Positions 29,919 to 41,189 of a DNA stretch of 64,000 nucleotides are shown here, piece by piece; the first letter of the stretch is position 1, and every line of letters starts with the position of its first letter. The stretch is from an uncultured Candidatus Rokubacteria bacterium. GTDB taxonomy: Bacteria; Methylomirabilota; Methylomirabilia; Rokubacteriales; CSP1-6. Position numbers and translations under genes: made by a program. The notes beneath the pieces were generated by a model. That model did not search any database. It saw nothing but the letters and a program-made list of their open reading frames with translations, and was not told the DNA's origin. The stretch spans positions 5,824 to 69,823 of the forward strand of contig CAWIZN010000047.1 of assembly GCA_963840495.1 (NCBI GenBank). Direction: 5' to 3'.

Positions 29919-29994
29919 TGGAGGCGGCGAGCGGATTCGAACCGCTGAATAGAGGTTTTGCAGACCTCCGCCTTAGCCACTTGGCTACGCCGCC
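29919..29994 (-). tRNA. tRNA-Cys(GCA), CCA encoded
   Basis: The reverse complement is GGCGGCGTAGCCAAGTGGCTAAGGCGGAGGTCTGCAAAACCTCTATTCAGCGGTTCGAATCCGCTCGCCGCCTCCA. Acceptor pairing is GGCGGCG/CGCCGCC and the anticodon loop is CTGCAAA. Confidence 0.93.
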
Positions 29995-30012
29995 ACATGC
30001 CGCACTCAAAAG

Positions 30013-30087
30013 TGGAGCGGGAAACGGGATTCGAACCCGCGACCCCAACCTTGGCAAGGTTGTGCTCTACCACTGAGCTATTCCCGC
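30013..30087 (-). tRNA. tRNA-Gly(GCC), CCA encoded
   Basis: The reverse complement is GCGGGAATAGCTCAGTGGTAGAGCACAACCTTGCCAAGGTTGGGGTCGCGGGTTCGAATCCCGTTTCCCGCTCCA. The anticodon loop is TTGCCAA. Confidence 0.95.
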
Positions 30088-30137
30088 AACCCGTTTGCCG
30101 TGGCGAATTGTAACAAAGGCCCTTGAAGAGTGTCAAC

Positions 30138-31147
30138 TTACGGGCCATCTGGGACCTCACCACGGAGGTACTCCGCCGCTTCCTCGGGCGGCGTCGGGTT
30201 GATGAAGAAGCCCGTTCCCCACTCGAACCCCGCCACCCTCGTCAACTTCGGAATGATCTCCAGGTGCCAGTGGAAGTGATCGAGGGCCGGCGTCCGGAGG
30301 GGCGCGCTGTGCAGCATGAAGTTGTAGGGGGGATCGCCCAGGTAGCGCGCCATGGCCCCCAGGACCTTCGACAGGAGGCTGGCCAGAGCCCCGAGATCCT
30401 CCACCGGCGTGGCCTCGAAGCTCGACCGGTGGGCCTCGGGCAGGATCCAGGTCTCGAACGGAAAGCGCGGCGCGAAGGGGGCGATCGCCACGAAGCCCCC
30501 TTCCTCCCGGATCATCCGCAGCCCGTCACGGCGGTCCTGGCGGACGATGTCGCACCAGATGCAGCGCTGCTTGATCCGGAAGTGCTGGATGGCGCCCGCG
30601 AGCTCCTCCTCCACCATGCTCGGCACGATGGGCGTCGCGATGAGCTGAGAATGGGTGTGCTCGAGCGAGGCACCGGCCGGGTCGCCATGGTTCTTGAAGA
30701 CCATCACGTACTCGAGTCGGGGGTCCTTCGCGAGGTCGCGGATCCGCTCCCGATAGGCGCGGAGCACCTCCGCGAGATGCGCCGTGGCGCAGGCGCTCGA
30801 TGACGGCATCATGCGCGGGCGCCTCGATGACGACCTCGTGGGCTCCCACCCCGTTCATCCGGTCGTAGAGCCCCTCCCCTGAGCGCTCGAGCTCGCCCTC
30901 GATGCGCAGGGCTGGGAACTTGTTGGGCACGACGCGAACGAGCCAGCCCGGCCGGTTCGCCGGGCCCCCGTCAGGTCGGAGCGCCCACACCTCGTCGGGC
31001 GTTCGCGACTCCTGCCCCGCACAAAAGACGCACGGGCCGCCCTTCGGCTGCCAGCGCGCTGGCGGGAAAGTCCGAGGGCCGGCGCGCCCGCTCGGTCGAG
31101 ATGATCACCCAGCGTCCCACCACCGGGTCCCGGCGCAGCTCAGGCAA
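30138..31147 (-). CDS. galT: galactose-1-phosphate uridylyltransferase-like HIT-superfamily enzyme (indels near 31012 and 30800)
   Basis: Three frames: [24 protein letters not shown]..., then [17 protein letters not shown]...VVPNKFPAL...[10 protein letters not shown], then ...[24 protein letters not shown] (HxHxQ). The TTG start overlaps the gpsA stop region. Confidence 0.8.
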
Positions 31148-32157
31148 GGACGCCCGCCTCCTCTTCGGGCCGCGGATCGCGGGCGAGCAAGGCCTCGAGG
31201 GCCTGGCGCACCGGCTTGGCGTCGAACAGCACCGCGCCCACCTCTTCACAGATCGGCATCGGGATCGCCGCCCCGCGCGCCAGCCGAATCGCGGAGGCCG
31301 TGGTGCGGACCCCCTCGGCGACCATGGGCGTGGCGCCCTCGGCCTCGGCGAGGCTCCGGCCGCGGGCGATCTCCCTGCCGAGCGCCCGGTTCCGGCTCAG
31401 CGTGCCCGTACACGTCAGGACGAGGTCGCCGAGTCCGGCGAGGCCGGCAAAGGTCGCGGGCTGGGCGCCGAGCGCCACTCCGAGCCGGACCATCTCCGCG
31501 AGGCCCCGGGTGATCAGCGCCGCTCGCGCATTCTCGCCGAGCCCGAGGCCGTCGCACAGGCCCGTGGCGAGCGCCATCACGTTCTTCAGCGCACCGCCGA
31601 GCTCGACACCCAGCACGTCGCCATTGGTGTAGAGCCGGAACGCCTTCGCCGAGAGCTCCCGCTGCAGCCGGAGCGCGACACTGCCGTCGGAGGCCGCGAT
31701 GACGAGCGCCGTCGGCTGGCCCATCGCGACCTCGCGCGCGAAGGAGGGGCCGGAGAGCACGGCGATCGGCCGGCCCGGGACCATCGCTGCCAGGAGCCTG
31801 GAGATCGGGCGTCCGCACCGCGGCTCGAGCCCCTTGGTCGCGGACACGACGGAGGCGGTCGGCGCGATCAGCGGCGCTCATGGGCGCGAGCACGTCTTCG
31901 ACCCCGTGAGAGGGCACCGCGACGATGACGATCGCCGCCGTCGACAGGGCGTGCTCCCCGGATGCGGTGACCTCCACACCGGGTAACGGGATCCCGGGCA
32001 GATAGCGCGCGTTCTCGCCCGTCCGCTCGATGTCCCGAGCGAGGCCGGGATCGCGCGCCCACAAGCGCACGCGCCGGCCGAGCCGCGCCACGTGCAGGGC
32101 GAGCGCCGTGCCCCAGCTCCCCGCCCCGACGACCGCCACCGCGGCCGAATCACTCAT
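31140..32157 (-). CDS. gpsA: NAD(P)H-dependent glycerol-3-phosphate dehydrogenase (indel near 31865)
   Basis: The N-terminus reads [20 protein letters not shown]. The C-terminal ORF 31140..31847 reads ...[10 protein letters not shown]...[13 protein letters not shown]...NRALG. Confidence 0.9.
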
Positions 32158-32170
32158 GCGTCCACCGCGA

Positions 32171-32767
32171 TCAGGCCGACGTCGCCCGCTGGCCCAGCCG
32201 AGACTCGGATCCGCTGAGCAGGCGCTCGAGGTTCTCGCGATGGCGGTAGATGATGATGATCGCCGCGGCCACGGCCGCCGCGGTGTACGCCCACGGATAG
32301 CCGAGGACCGCGACGCCGAGAGGCAGGCACAGACAGGCCATCACGGAGCCCAGCGAGACATAGCGGAAGGTCGCGACCACGATGACCCAGACCAGGGCCG
32401 CGGGTCCCGTCGCCCACGGCGCGAGCGCGAGAAACGCGCCGAACCCGGTGGCCACGCCCTTGCCACCGCGGAACCGCAAGAAGACCGGCCAGCAGTTTCC
32501 GACGATGGCGAGGACCGCACCCGCCGCCGCCCACGCGGGCGAGGCATCCGCGGCGCGCGCGACACTCACCGCCGCGAAGCCCTTCAGGATGTCGCCGAGC
32601 AGCGTGGCAATGGCGGGGCCCTTGCCGAGCGTCCGCAGCACGTTGGTGGCGCCGATATTGCCGCTGCCCGCGCGCCGGATGTCCACCCCTCCGCGGAGGC
32701 GCGCCACGACATAGCCCACGGGAATCGCGCCGATCAGGTAGGCGGCGAGCAGGCCCAGCAGCCTCAC
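32171..32767 (-). CDS. plsY: glycerol-3-phosphate acyltransferase PlsY
   Basis: Reads VRLLGLLAAYLIGAIPVGYVV...GSGNIGATNVLRTLG...FRGGKGVAT. Its GTG overlaps the pgsA stop. Confidence 0.9.
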   Translation of the reverse strand: MRLLGLLAAYLIGAIPVGYVVARLRGGVDIRRAGSGNIGATNVLRTLGKGPAIATLLGDILKGFAAVSVARAADASPAWAAAGAVLAIVGNCWPVFLRFRGGKGVATGFGAFLALAPWATGPAALVWVIVVATFRYVSLGSVMACLCLPLGVAVLGYPWAYTAAAVAAAIIIIYRHRENLERLLSGSESRLGQRATSA

Positions 32768-33339
32768 GGCCAGCGCTCGCGATCCTTGACGAGCGCCTTG
32801 AACCCGGTGCTGAGAAAGAAGCGATAGAAGTAGTCCGCCCCCGACAGCACCGTGAAGCCGAGCGTCACCCACACGATGCCCGTCGACACCAGGTGGAACG
32901 GCATGAACTCGCCGGGCACGCCCTTCTCGAGGATCAGGACGGTGATCATGACGTACTGGGCGACCGTCTTGGCCTTCCCGAAGCCCGAGGCGGCCACCAC
33001 CGCCCCCATGGACAGCGCGACTCCGCGCAAGCCGGTCACCGCCAGCTCGCGTCCGATGATCACGACGGCGACCCAGGCGTCCACCATGTCGATCTGCACC
33101 AGCGCGATCAGCGCCGCCGCGACGAGCAGCTTGTCCGCCACGGGATCGAGCAGCGTGCCGAGCCGGGTGACCTGGTTCCAGCGGCGCGCCATGCGGCCAT
33201 CCAGCCAGTCGGTCAAGGACGCGGCGATGAAGATGACCGCCGCGATGAGGACGTGGACGCGGTCCGACGAGATGAGGAACACGATGACGAGCGGGACCAG
33301 AACGATCCTGACCAGCGTCAGCGCGATGGGCACGTTCAC
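32764..33339 (-). CDS. pgsA: CDP-diacylglycerol--glycerol-3-phosphate 3-phosphatidyltransferase
   Basis: Carries the CDP-alcohol phosphatidyltransferase motif DWLDGRMARRWNQVTRLGTLLDPVADK. Its GTG overlaps the comB stop. Confidence 0.9.
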   Translation of the reverse strand: MNVPIALTLVRIVLVPLVIVFLISSDRVHVLIAAVIFIAASLTDWLDGRMARRWNQVTRLGTLLDPVADKLLVAAALIALVQIDMVDAWVAVVIIGRELAVTGLRGVALSMGAVVAASGFGKAKTVAQYVMITVLILEKGVPGEFMPFHLVSTGIVWVTLGFTVLSGADYFYRFFLSTGFKALVKDRERWP

Positions 33340-34097
33340 CGCACGCGCTCCTGCGCCGCCATCTGGTCGGGCAGCCGGGGCCCGGGGACGATGACACCGC
33401 CCTCGAACACCGGAACCACGGACGACGTGCCGAGGCGCAGGCACGCGTCGAGGTCGGCGGCCCGCCCCTGCCGCGCGAGCTTACGCCCCCATTCGGATTC
33501 GACGGCCAGCCGATCGAGCCGCGCGGCGTAGTGCTCGCCCAGCCGCAGCACGGCCAGCGCCGCATCCGTCACGTCCGCGGAGGCCGCCTCCGCGAGCACG
33601 TGGCCCACGAGGAGACCGGCGCACACCGCGTCCTCGAGCGAGAAGGCCCGCTTCTCGCCCGCGCACAGCACGGTGAGGTCCCGGTCCTGGTCGAGCGCCC
33701 ATCGCGCGGCCGCCGCCACGTTGACAAGGGCGGCGGTGGCGGCAACGGGCGCCCTCCGCGCGTGAATCATGGCCTCGGTGCCATTGGTCGTGGTGAAGAT
33801 GAGCGTGCGGCCCGCCACGCGCTCGGCGACGTACTCGAGCGGAGAATTGCCGAGGTCGAACCCCTCGATCATCCTGCCGCCGCGCTCACCCGCCAGGAGG
33901 ACCTCGGCCGAAGGATACTGCGCGGCGGCGGCCACCGCGGCGTCGCGGTCGGACACCGGGACGATGCGCGCACAGCCCGCGGCGCAGGCGGCCACCAGCG
34001 TGGTCGTCGCCCGGAACACGTCGACCGCGACGGCGGCGCGATCCTCGAGGGCGAGCCCCGGGAACTCGGCCGGTGTCAATGCCACGTGCACGCGCAT
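33336..34097 (-). CDS. comB: 2-phosphosulfolactate phosphatase (ComB) family protein
   Basis: Intact 253 aa. Motifs: ...AVAVDVFRATTT...LLAGERGG..IEGFDLGNSPLE... Confidence 0.75.
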   Translation of the reverse strand: MRVHVALTPAEFPGLALEDRAAVAVDVFRATTTLVAACAAGCARIVPVSDRDAAVAAAAQYPSAEVLLAGERGGRMIEGFDLGNSPLEYVAERVAGRTLIFTTTNGTEAMIHARRAPVAATAALVNVAAAARWALDQDRDLTVLCAGEKRAFSLEDAVCAGLLVGHVLAEAASADVTDAALAVLRLGEHYAARLDRLAVESEWGRKLARQGRAADLDACLRLGTSSVVPVFEGGVIVPGPRLPDQMAAQERVR

Positions 34098-34110
34098 GGA
34101 GTCGGCCGAG

Positions 34111-35318
34111 CTACCGATCGCGGTCGCGGAGCGCTCGGATCTTGAGCCGGAGCGCGTTCAGGTTGATGAACCCTTCGGCATCCCGCTGGCGGTAGACTTG
34201 ATCCGCCTCGAAGGTCACAAAGTCCGTGCGATAGAGCGAGCGCGGGGACTTCCGGCCCGCCACCGTCACCGTCCCCTTGTAGAGCTTCAGGCGGACGGTG
34301 CCCGTCACGTCGCGCTGCACCTGGTCGATCAACCCCTGCAGCGCCACGCGCTCCGGCGCGAACCAGAAGCCGTAGTAGATCATCTCGGCGTAGCGGGGCA
34401 TGAGCGAGTCGCGCAGGTGCAGCACCTCGCGGTCGAGCGTCAGCGACTCGATCGCCCGGTGCGCGGCGTGCAGGATCGTCCCGCCCGGCGTCTCGTAGAC
34501 CCCCCGCGACTTCATCCCGACGTAGCGGTTCTCCACGAGGTCCACGCGGCCGATGCCGTGCTCGCCGCCCAGGCGGTTGAGGGCGGTGAGGAGCGCCACG
34601 GGCGCCAGCCGCCGGCCGTCCACCGCCACGGGATTGCCCTCTTCGTACTCGATCTCGACGTAGACGGGCACGTCGGGCGCGGCCTCCGGCGAATTCGTCA
34701 AGAGGTACATCTTCGGCGGCGGCTCCGTCCACGGGTCCTCGAGGATGCCCCCCTCGAACGAGATGTGGAAGAGATTGCGGTCGGTGGAGTACGGCCGGTC
34801 CGTCGTCACGGGCACGGGAATGTCGTGGCGCCGCGCGAACTCCATCAAGGCCGTCCGCGAATCGAGGTCCCACTCGCGCCACGGGGCGATCACCGCGAGA
34901 TCAGGCGCGAGCGCCGCGTAGGTGAGCTCGAAGCGCACCTGGTCATTGCCCTTGCCGGTCGCGCCATGGCTCACCGCATCCGCCCCTTCCCGGCGGGCCA
35001 CGTCGACCTGCGCCTTGGCGATGAGCGGCCGCGCGATCGATGTCCCCAGCAGGTACGAGCCCTCGTACAGCGCATTGGCGCGCAGCATGGGGAAGACGAA
35101 GTCCGTGACGAACTCGTCCCGAAGATCGGCGATGTGCACACCCACCGCCCCCGTGCGGAGGGCCTTCTCGCGAATCGGGATCAGCTCCTCGCCCTGCCCG
35201 AGGTCGGCGCAGAAGGCCACCACCTCGCAGCGGTACGTCTCGATCAGCCAGCGAAGGATGACCGAGGTGTCGAGCCCCCCGAGTACGCGAGCACCACCCG
35301 CTTCACGCTCTTCGCCAT
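34111..35318 (-). CDS. argG: argininosuccinate synthase (1-nt deletion in the C-run 35275-35280)
   Basis: ORF 34111..35223 carries the ...[15 protein letters not shown]... motif. The upstream [25 protein letters not shown] is in another frame, and the GGL codons need 7 G but only 6 are present. Confidence 0.95.
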
Positions 35319-35349
35319 GACGATGTCCTTACGTGACCTCGGCACCCGG

Positions 35350-36259
<910 letters not shown>

Positions 36260-36263
<4 letters not shown>

Positions 36264-37459
36264 CGCCGGCAGGCCTCGAGCGCGCGGTCGATGATCTCCA
36301 GGCCCCGCTCGATCTCGGCGCGATCGACGACGAGCGGCGGCGCCAACCGCAGCGCATTGTCTCCCGCGGTCAGCACGAGGAGGCCGCGCTCGCGGCAGGC
36401 CGACACCACGTCGCCCACCGGCACCGTCATGTCCATGGCGACGAGGAGTCCCCGGCCTCTGACCTCGCCCGCCGTGGCCGGGTGCTTCTTCTGCACCGCG
36501 CGCAGCCCGTCGAGCAGGATCCGCCCGGACGCGGCGGCGCGCTCGGGGAGCCGCTCCTCGAGGAGCGTCGTGAAGACCGTGAGGCCGACGGCGGTCGCGA
36601 ACGGGTTACCGCCGAAGGTGCTGCCGTGGGTGCCCGGGGTGAAGACGCGCGCCACGTCCTCGGTGGCGAGGGTGGCCCCGATGGGCACGCCGTTGGCGAG
36701 CGCCTTGGCCACCGTCATGATGTCGGGCGCGACCCCGGCATGCTCATAGGCCCAGAGCTTCCCCGTCCGCCCCATGCCTGTCTGGATCTCGTCGAAGATC
36801 AACGCGATCCCCGCCTCGTCGCAGATCTTGCGCAGCCCCGGCAGATAGCCGTCGTCGGGAAGATAGACGCCACCCTCCCCCTGGATGGGCTCGACGAGCA
36901 CGCCGGCCGTCCGGCTGTCGATGGCCCGCTCGACGGCACGGAGGTCGTTGAACGGCACGTACTTGAAGCCGCCGGGGAGGGGCTCGAAGCCGTGGTGGTA
37001 TTTCTCCTGGGCCGTGGCCGCCACGGTGGCGAGCGTGCGGCCGTGAAAGCCGCCCCGCATGCTGATGATGTCGCCGCGGTCGCTCGCGCCATGCTCCTTG
37101 GCCCACTTGCGCGCCAGCTTGATCGCCGTCTCATTGGCCTCGGCGCCCGAATTGGAGAAGAAGACGCGGTCGGCGAAGGAGTGGTCGCAGAGCAGCTTGG
37201 CGAGGTGAATCTGCTGCGGAATGTAGAAGAGGTTCGACACGTGCAGCAGCGTCGCCGCCTGCTCCCGCATCGTGCCCACGACGCGCGGATGGCTGTGCCC
37301 GAGCGCCGTCACCGCGATGCCGCCGGTGAAATCGAGGTACTCCTTGCCCTCCGAGTCCCAGACGCGCACGCCCTCACCGCGCACCAGCGCGACCGGATTG
37401 CGCTTGGCGGTCGTCATGAGGTGCTTGTCCGACCACTCCATCAGTTGCTTGGTGTCCAC
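36260..37459 (-). CDS. argD: acetylornithine aminotransferase
   Basis: Intact 399 aa. Motifs: ...SNSGAEANE...DEIQTGMGRTG...TVAKALANG (PLP Lys). Confidence 0.9.
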
Positions 37460-37520
37460 GAGTCCCCCTTTCCCATCGAGCGCGCGCCTGCGGCGCGCGC
37501 AGTCCGGCGGAGTCTGCCTG

Positions 37521-38399
<879 letters not shown>

Positions 38400-39753
38400 C
38401 TACAGGATGTACCGCGAGAGGTCTTGGTCCTCGAGGGCCTCGGCGAGCCGAGCGTACACGTAGTCCCCGTCGATGACCAGCTCCTGCCCGGCCAGGTCCG
38501 GGGCCGTGAACGACACCTCTTCCAAGAGCTTCTCCATGACCGTGTAGAGCCGCCGCGCCCCGATGTTCTCGGTCCGCTGGTTCACCGTGGACGCGATCTC
38601 CGCGATGGCCGCCACCGCGTCATCCCTGAAGCAGAGCGTCACCCCTTCCGTCTTCAGCAGCTCGACGTACTGGCGGACCAGCGCGTTCTGAGGTTCGCTC
38701 AGAATGCGGACAAAATCCTCCTTCGTCAAGGGCTCCAGCTCCACCCGGATGGGAAAGCGGCCCTGCAGCTCGGGAATCAGGTCCGACGGCTTGGACACGT
38801 GGAAGGCGCCGGCGGCGATGAACAGGATGTGGTCGGTCCGGACCATCCCGTACTTGGTGGTGACGGTCGAGCCTTCCACGATGGGCAGGAGATCGCGCTG
38901 CACGCCCTCCCGGGACACGTCGGGGCCGTGGCTCCGCTCCCGCCCGGCGATCTTGTCCAGCTCGTCGAGGAAGATGATGCCGGAGTTCTCGACCCGGCGG
39001 ATGGCCTGGCTCACCGCCTCGTCGACGTCCACGAGCTTCTGGGCCTCCTCCTGGACGAGGAGCCGCCGCGCCTCGCCGATCTTGACCCGGCGCTTGCGCG
39101 TCCGCCCCCGGCATGAGGTTCGAGAGCATGTCCTTGAGGTTGATCCCGACCTCCTCCATGCCCTGGCCGGAGAACACCTCGAGCATGGGCCCCGCCTGCG
39201 CCTGCACGTCCATCTCGATCATCCGCTCGTCGAGCTTGCCCGCCCGGAGCTGGGCCCGCAGCTTGTCGCGGGTCGCGTCCCGCGAGGCGTCGGGGGACAC
39301 CTCTTCGAGGGTGCCGCTCGAGAAGGCTTCCCCCTGGCGCCGCGGCAGCAAGAGGTCGAGGAGCCGGTCCTCGGCCAGCGCTTCCGCCCGCTCGCGCACC
39401 GCCGCGGCCATCTCCGCCTTGACCATGCTGACGCCCAGCTCGGTCAGGTCGCGGATCATCGACTCGACGTCACGGCCGACGTAGCCGACCTCGGTGTACT
39501 TGGAGGCCTCGACCTTGAGGAACGGCGCCTGCGCGAGCTTGGCGAGCCGCCGGGCGATCTCCGTCTTCCCCACCCCGGTGGGGCCGATCATGATGATGTT
39601 CTTCGGGGCGACCTCGTCGCGCAGCTCCGGGGGCACGTTCTGCCGCCGCCAGCGGTTGCGCAGCGCGATGGCCACCGCGCGCTTGGCGCGCTGCTGGCCG
39701 ACGATGAACCGGTCCAGCTCGCTGACGATCTGGGCCGGCGTGAGCTGGCTCAC
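38400..39753 (-). CDS. hslU: ATP-dependent protease ATPase subunit HslU (indel at the C-run ~39106-39110)
   Basis: The N-terminal ORF 38620..39753 carries the Walker A motif [17 protein letters not shown]. The C-terminal ORF 38400..39032 carries [11 protein letters not shown].... Confidence 0.95.
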
Positions 39754-40298
39754 GACAGCACCTCGACGCTCACGTGGTCATTGGTGTAGACGCAGATCCC
39801 CGCGGCGATGCGCAGCGCCTCCTCGGCGATCTGGGCGGCGTCGAGCGCGGAGTGGGCGCACAGCGCCCGCGCGGCGGCGAGGGCGAATGGGCCGCCCGAT
39901 CCGATGCCGATCAGGCCGTCGTCGGGCTCGATCACGTCGCCCGTGCCCGAGATGATGAAGGACGACTGCGCGTCGGCCACGGCGAGCAGCGCCTCCAGCC
40001 GCCGGAGCACCCGGTCCATCCGCCAGTCCTTGGCCAGCTCGACCGCCGCGCGCGGCAGATTGCCGCGATGCTCCTCGAGCTTGGCCTCGAACTTGGCGAA
40101 GAGCGTGAACGCGTCGGCCGCCGCGCCCGCGAAGCCCGCGAGCACGCGCTCGTGGTAGACCTTCCGGACCTTTCGCGCCCCGGCCTTCACGATCGTCTGG
40201 CCGATCGAGACCTGGCCGTCCCCGGCCAGCGCCACCTGCCCGCGATGGCGGACGCAGGCCACCGTCGTCGCGTGAAACCCGCCGCCCTCGCCCGTCAT
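39750..40298 (-). CDS. hslV: ATP-dependent protease subunit HslV
   Basis: Intact 182 aa. It has the catalytic N-terminal ...HATTVACVR plus [11 protein letters not shown]. Its stop overlaps the hslU start. Confidence 0.95.
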   Translation of the reverse strand: MTGEGGGFHATTVACVRHRGQVALAGDGQVSIGQTIVKAGARKVRKVYHERVLAGFAGAAADAFTLFAKFEAKLEEHRGNLPRAAVELAKDWRMDRVLRRLEALLAVADAQSSFIISGTGDVIEPDDGLIGIGSGGPFALAAARALCAHSALDAAQIAEEALRIAAGICVYTNDHVSVEVLS

Positions 40299-40306
40299 CG
40301 CATCCG

Positions 40307-41182
40307 TCAGGTCGCGCGGGGGTGGGCGGCGTCGTACACCTTCATGAGGTGCTCGGGACTCACGTGCGTGTAGCGCTGGGTGGTGGAGAGCCGCCGGTGC
40401 CCGAGCAGCTCCTGGATGAGGCGCAGGTCCGCTCCTTCGCCCAGCATGTGGGTGGCGAACGTGTGGCGGAGCGTATGCGGCGTCACCCGGCGGCTCGTCC
40501 CGCTGAGGCGCGCCTGCCTGCCGACGATGCGCTGCGCGCTGCGCGTCGTGAGCCGTCCCCCGCGGGCGTTGGTGAAGAGCGGCCCGTCGGGGCGGCCCCG
40601 CGCCGCGAGATACGCGTCGATGGCCTCGAGGGCGACCTCTCCCACGGGCACGACCCGCTCCTTGTCGCCCTTGCCGAGGACACGGACCGTGCCGTGGCTC
40701 CTATCCACGTCCGTGCCGTCGAGGCCGCAGCACTCCGCGACCCGGATGCCGGTGGCGTAGAGCAGCTCGAGCAATGCGTGGTCCCGGCGGCCGCTGGCCG
40801 AGGGCCCGTGGGCACGGTCGAGGAGCTGCTTGGACTCGTCCTTCGGGAGGAAGGACGGCAAGCGCCGGGGTGGCCGCGGGCTCCGAACCAGCCGCGCCGG
40901 GTTCTGCTCGATCACGCCGCGCCGCGCGAGGAAGCGCAAGCAGCTCCTGACGCTGGCGAGCTTTCGGCCGATGCTGCTCTTGGCGAGCCCGCGCTGATGC
41001 AGGGACGCGAGGTACGCGCGCACGCTCCGCATGTCGACCGCCGCTGGACCGAGGTCGCCCGCGCGACGGAGGAACGCCGAGAACTCGCGCAGGTCCCCCG
41101 CATAGCCGCGAACCGTGTGCGGCGACGCCCCGCGCTCCACGGCCAGATACTCGAGAAAGGCGCCGATGGCGTCGTCCATCAC
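40307..41182 (-). CDS. xerC: tyrosine recombinase XerC/XerD family
   Basis: Intact 291 aa. Motifs: ...ATGIRVAE...[24 protein letters not shown]....TTQ.YTH. Confidence 0.85.
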   Translation of the reverse strand: MMDDAIGAFLEYLAVERGASPHTVRGYAGDLREFSAFLRRAGDLGPAAVDMRSVRAYLASLHQRGLAKSSIGRKLASVRSCLRFLARRGVIEQNPARLVRSPRPPRRLPSFLPKDESKQLLDRAHGPSASGRRDHALLELLYATGIRVAECCGLDGTDVDRSHGTVRVLGKGDKERVVPVGEVALEAIDAYLAARGRPDGPLFTNARGGRLTTRSAQRIVGRQARLSGTSRRVTPHTLRHTFATHMLGEGADLRLIQELLGHRRLSTTQRYTHVSPEHLMKVYDAAHPRAT

Positions 41183-41189
41183 GCGCCGG

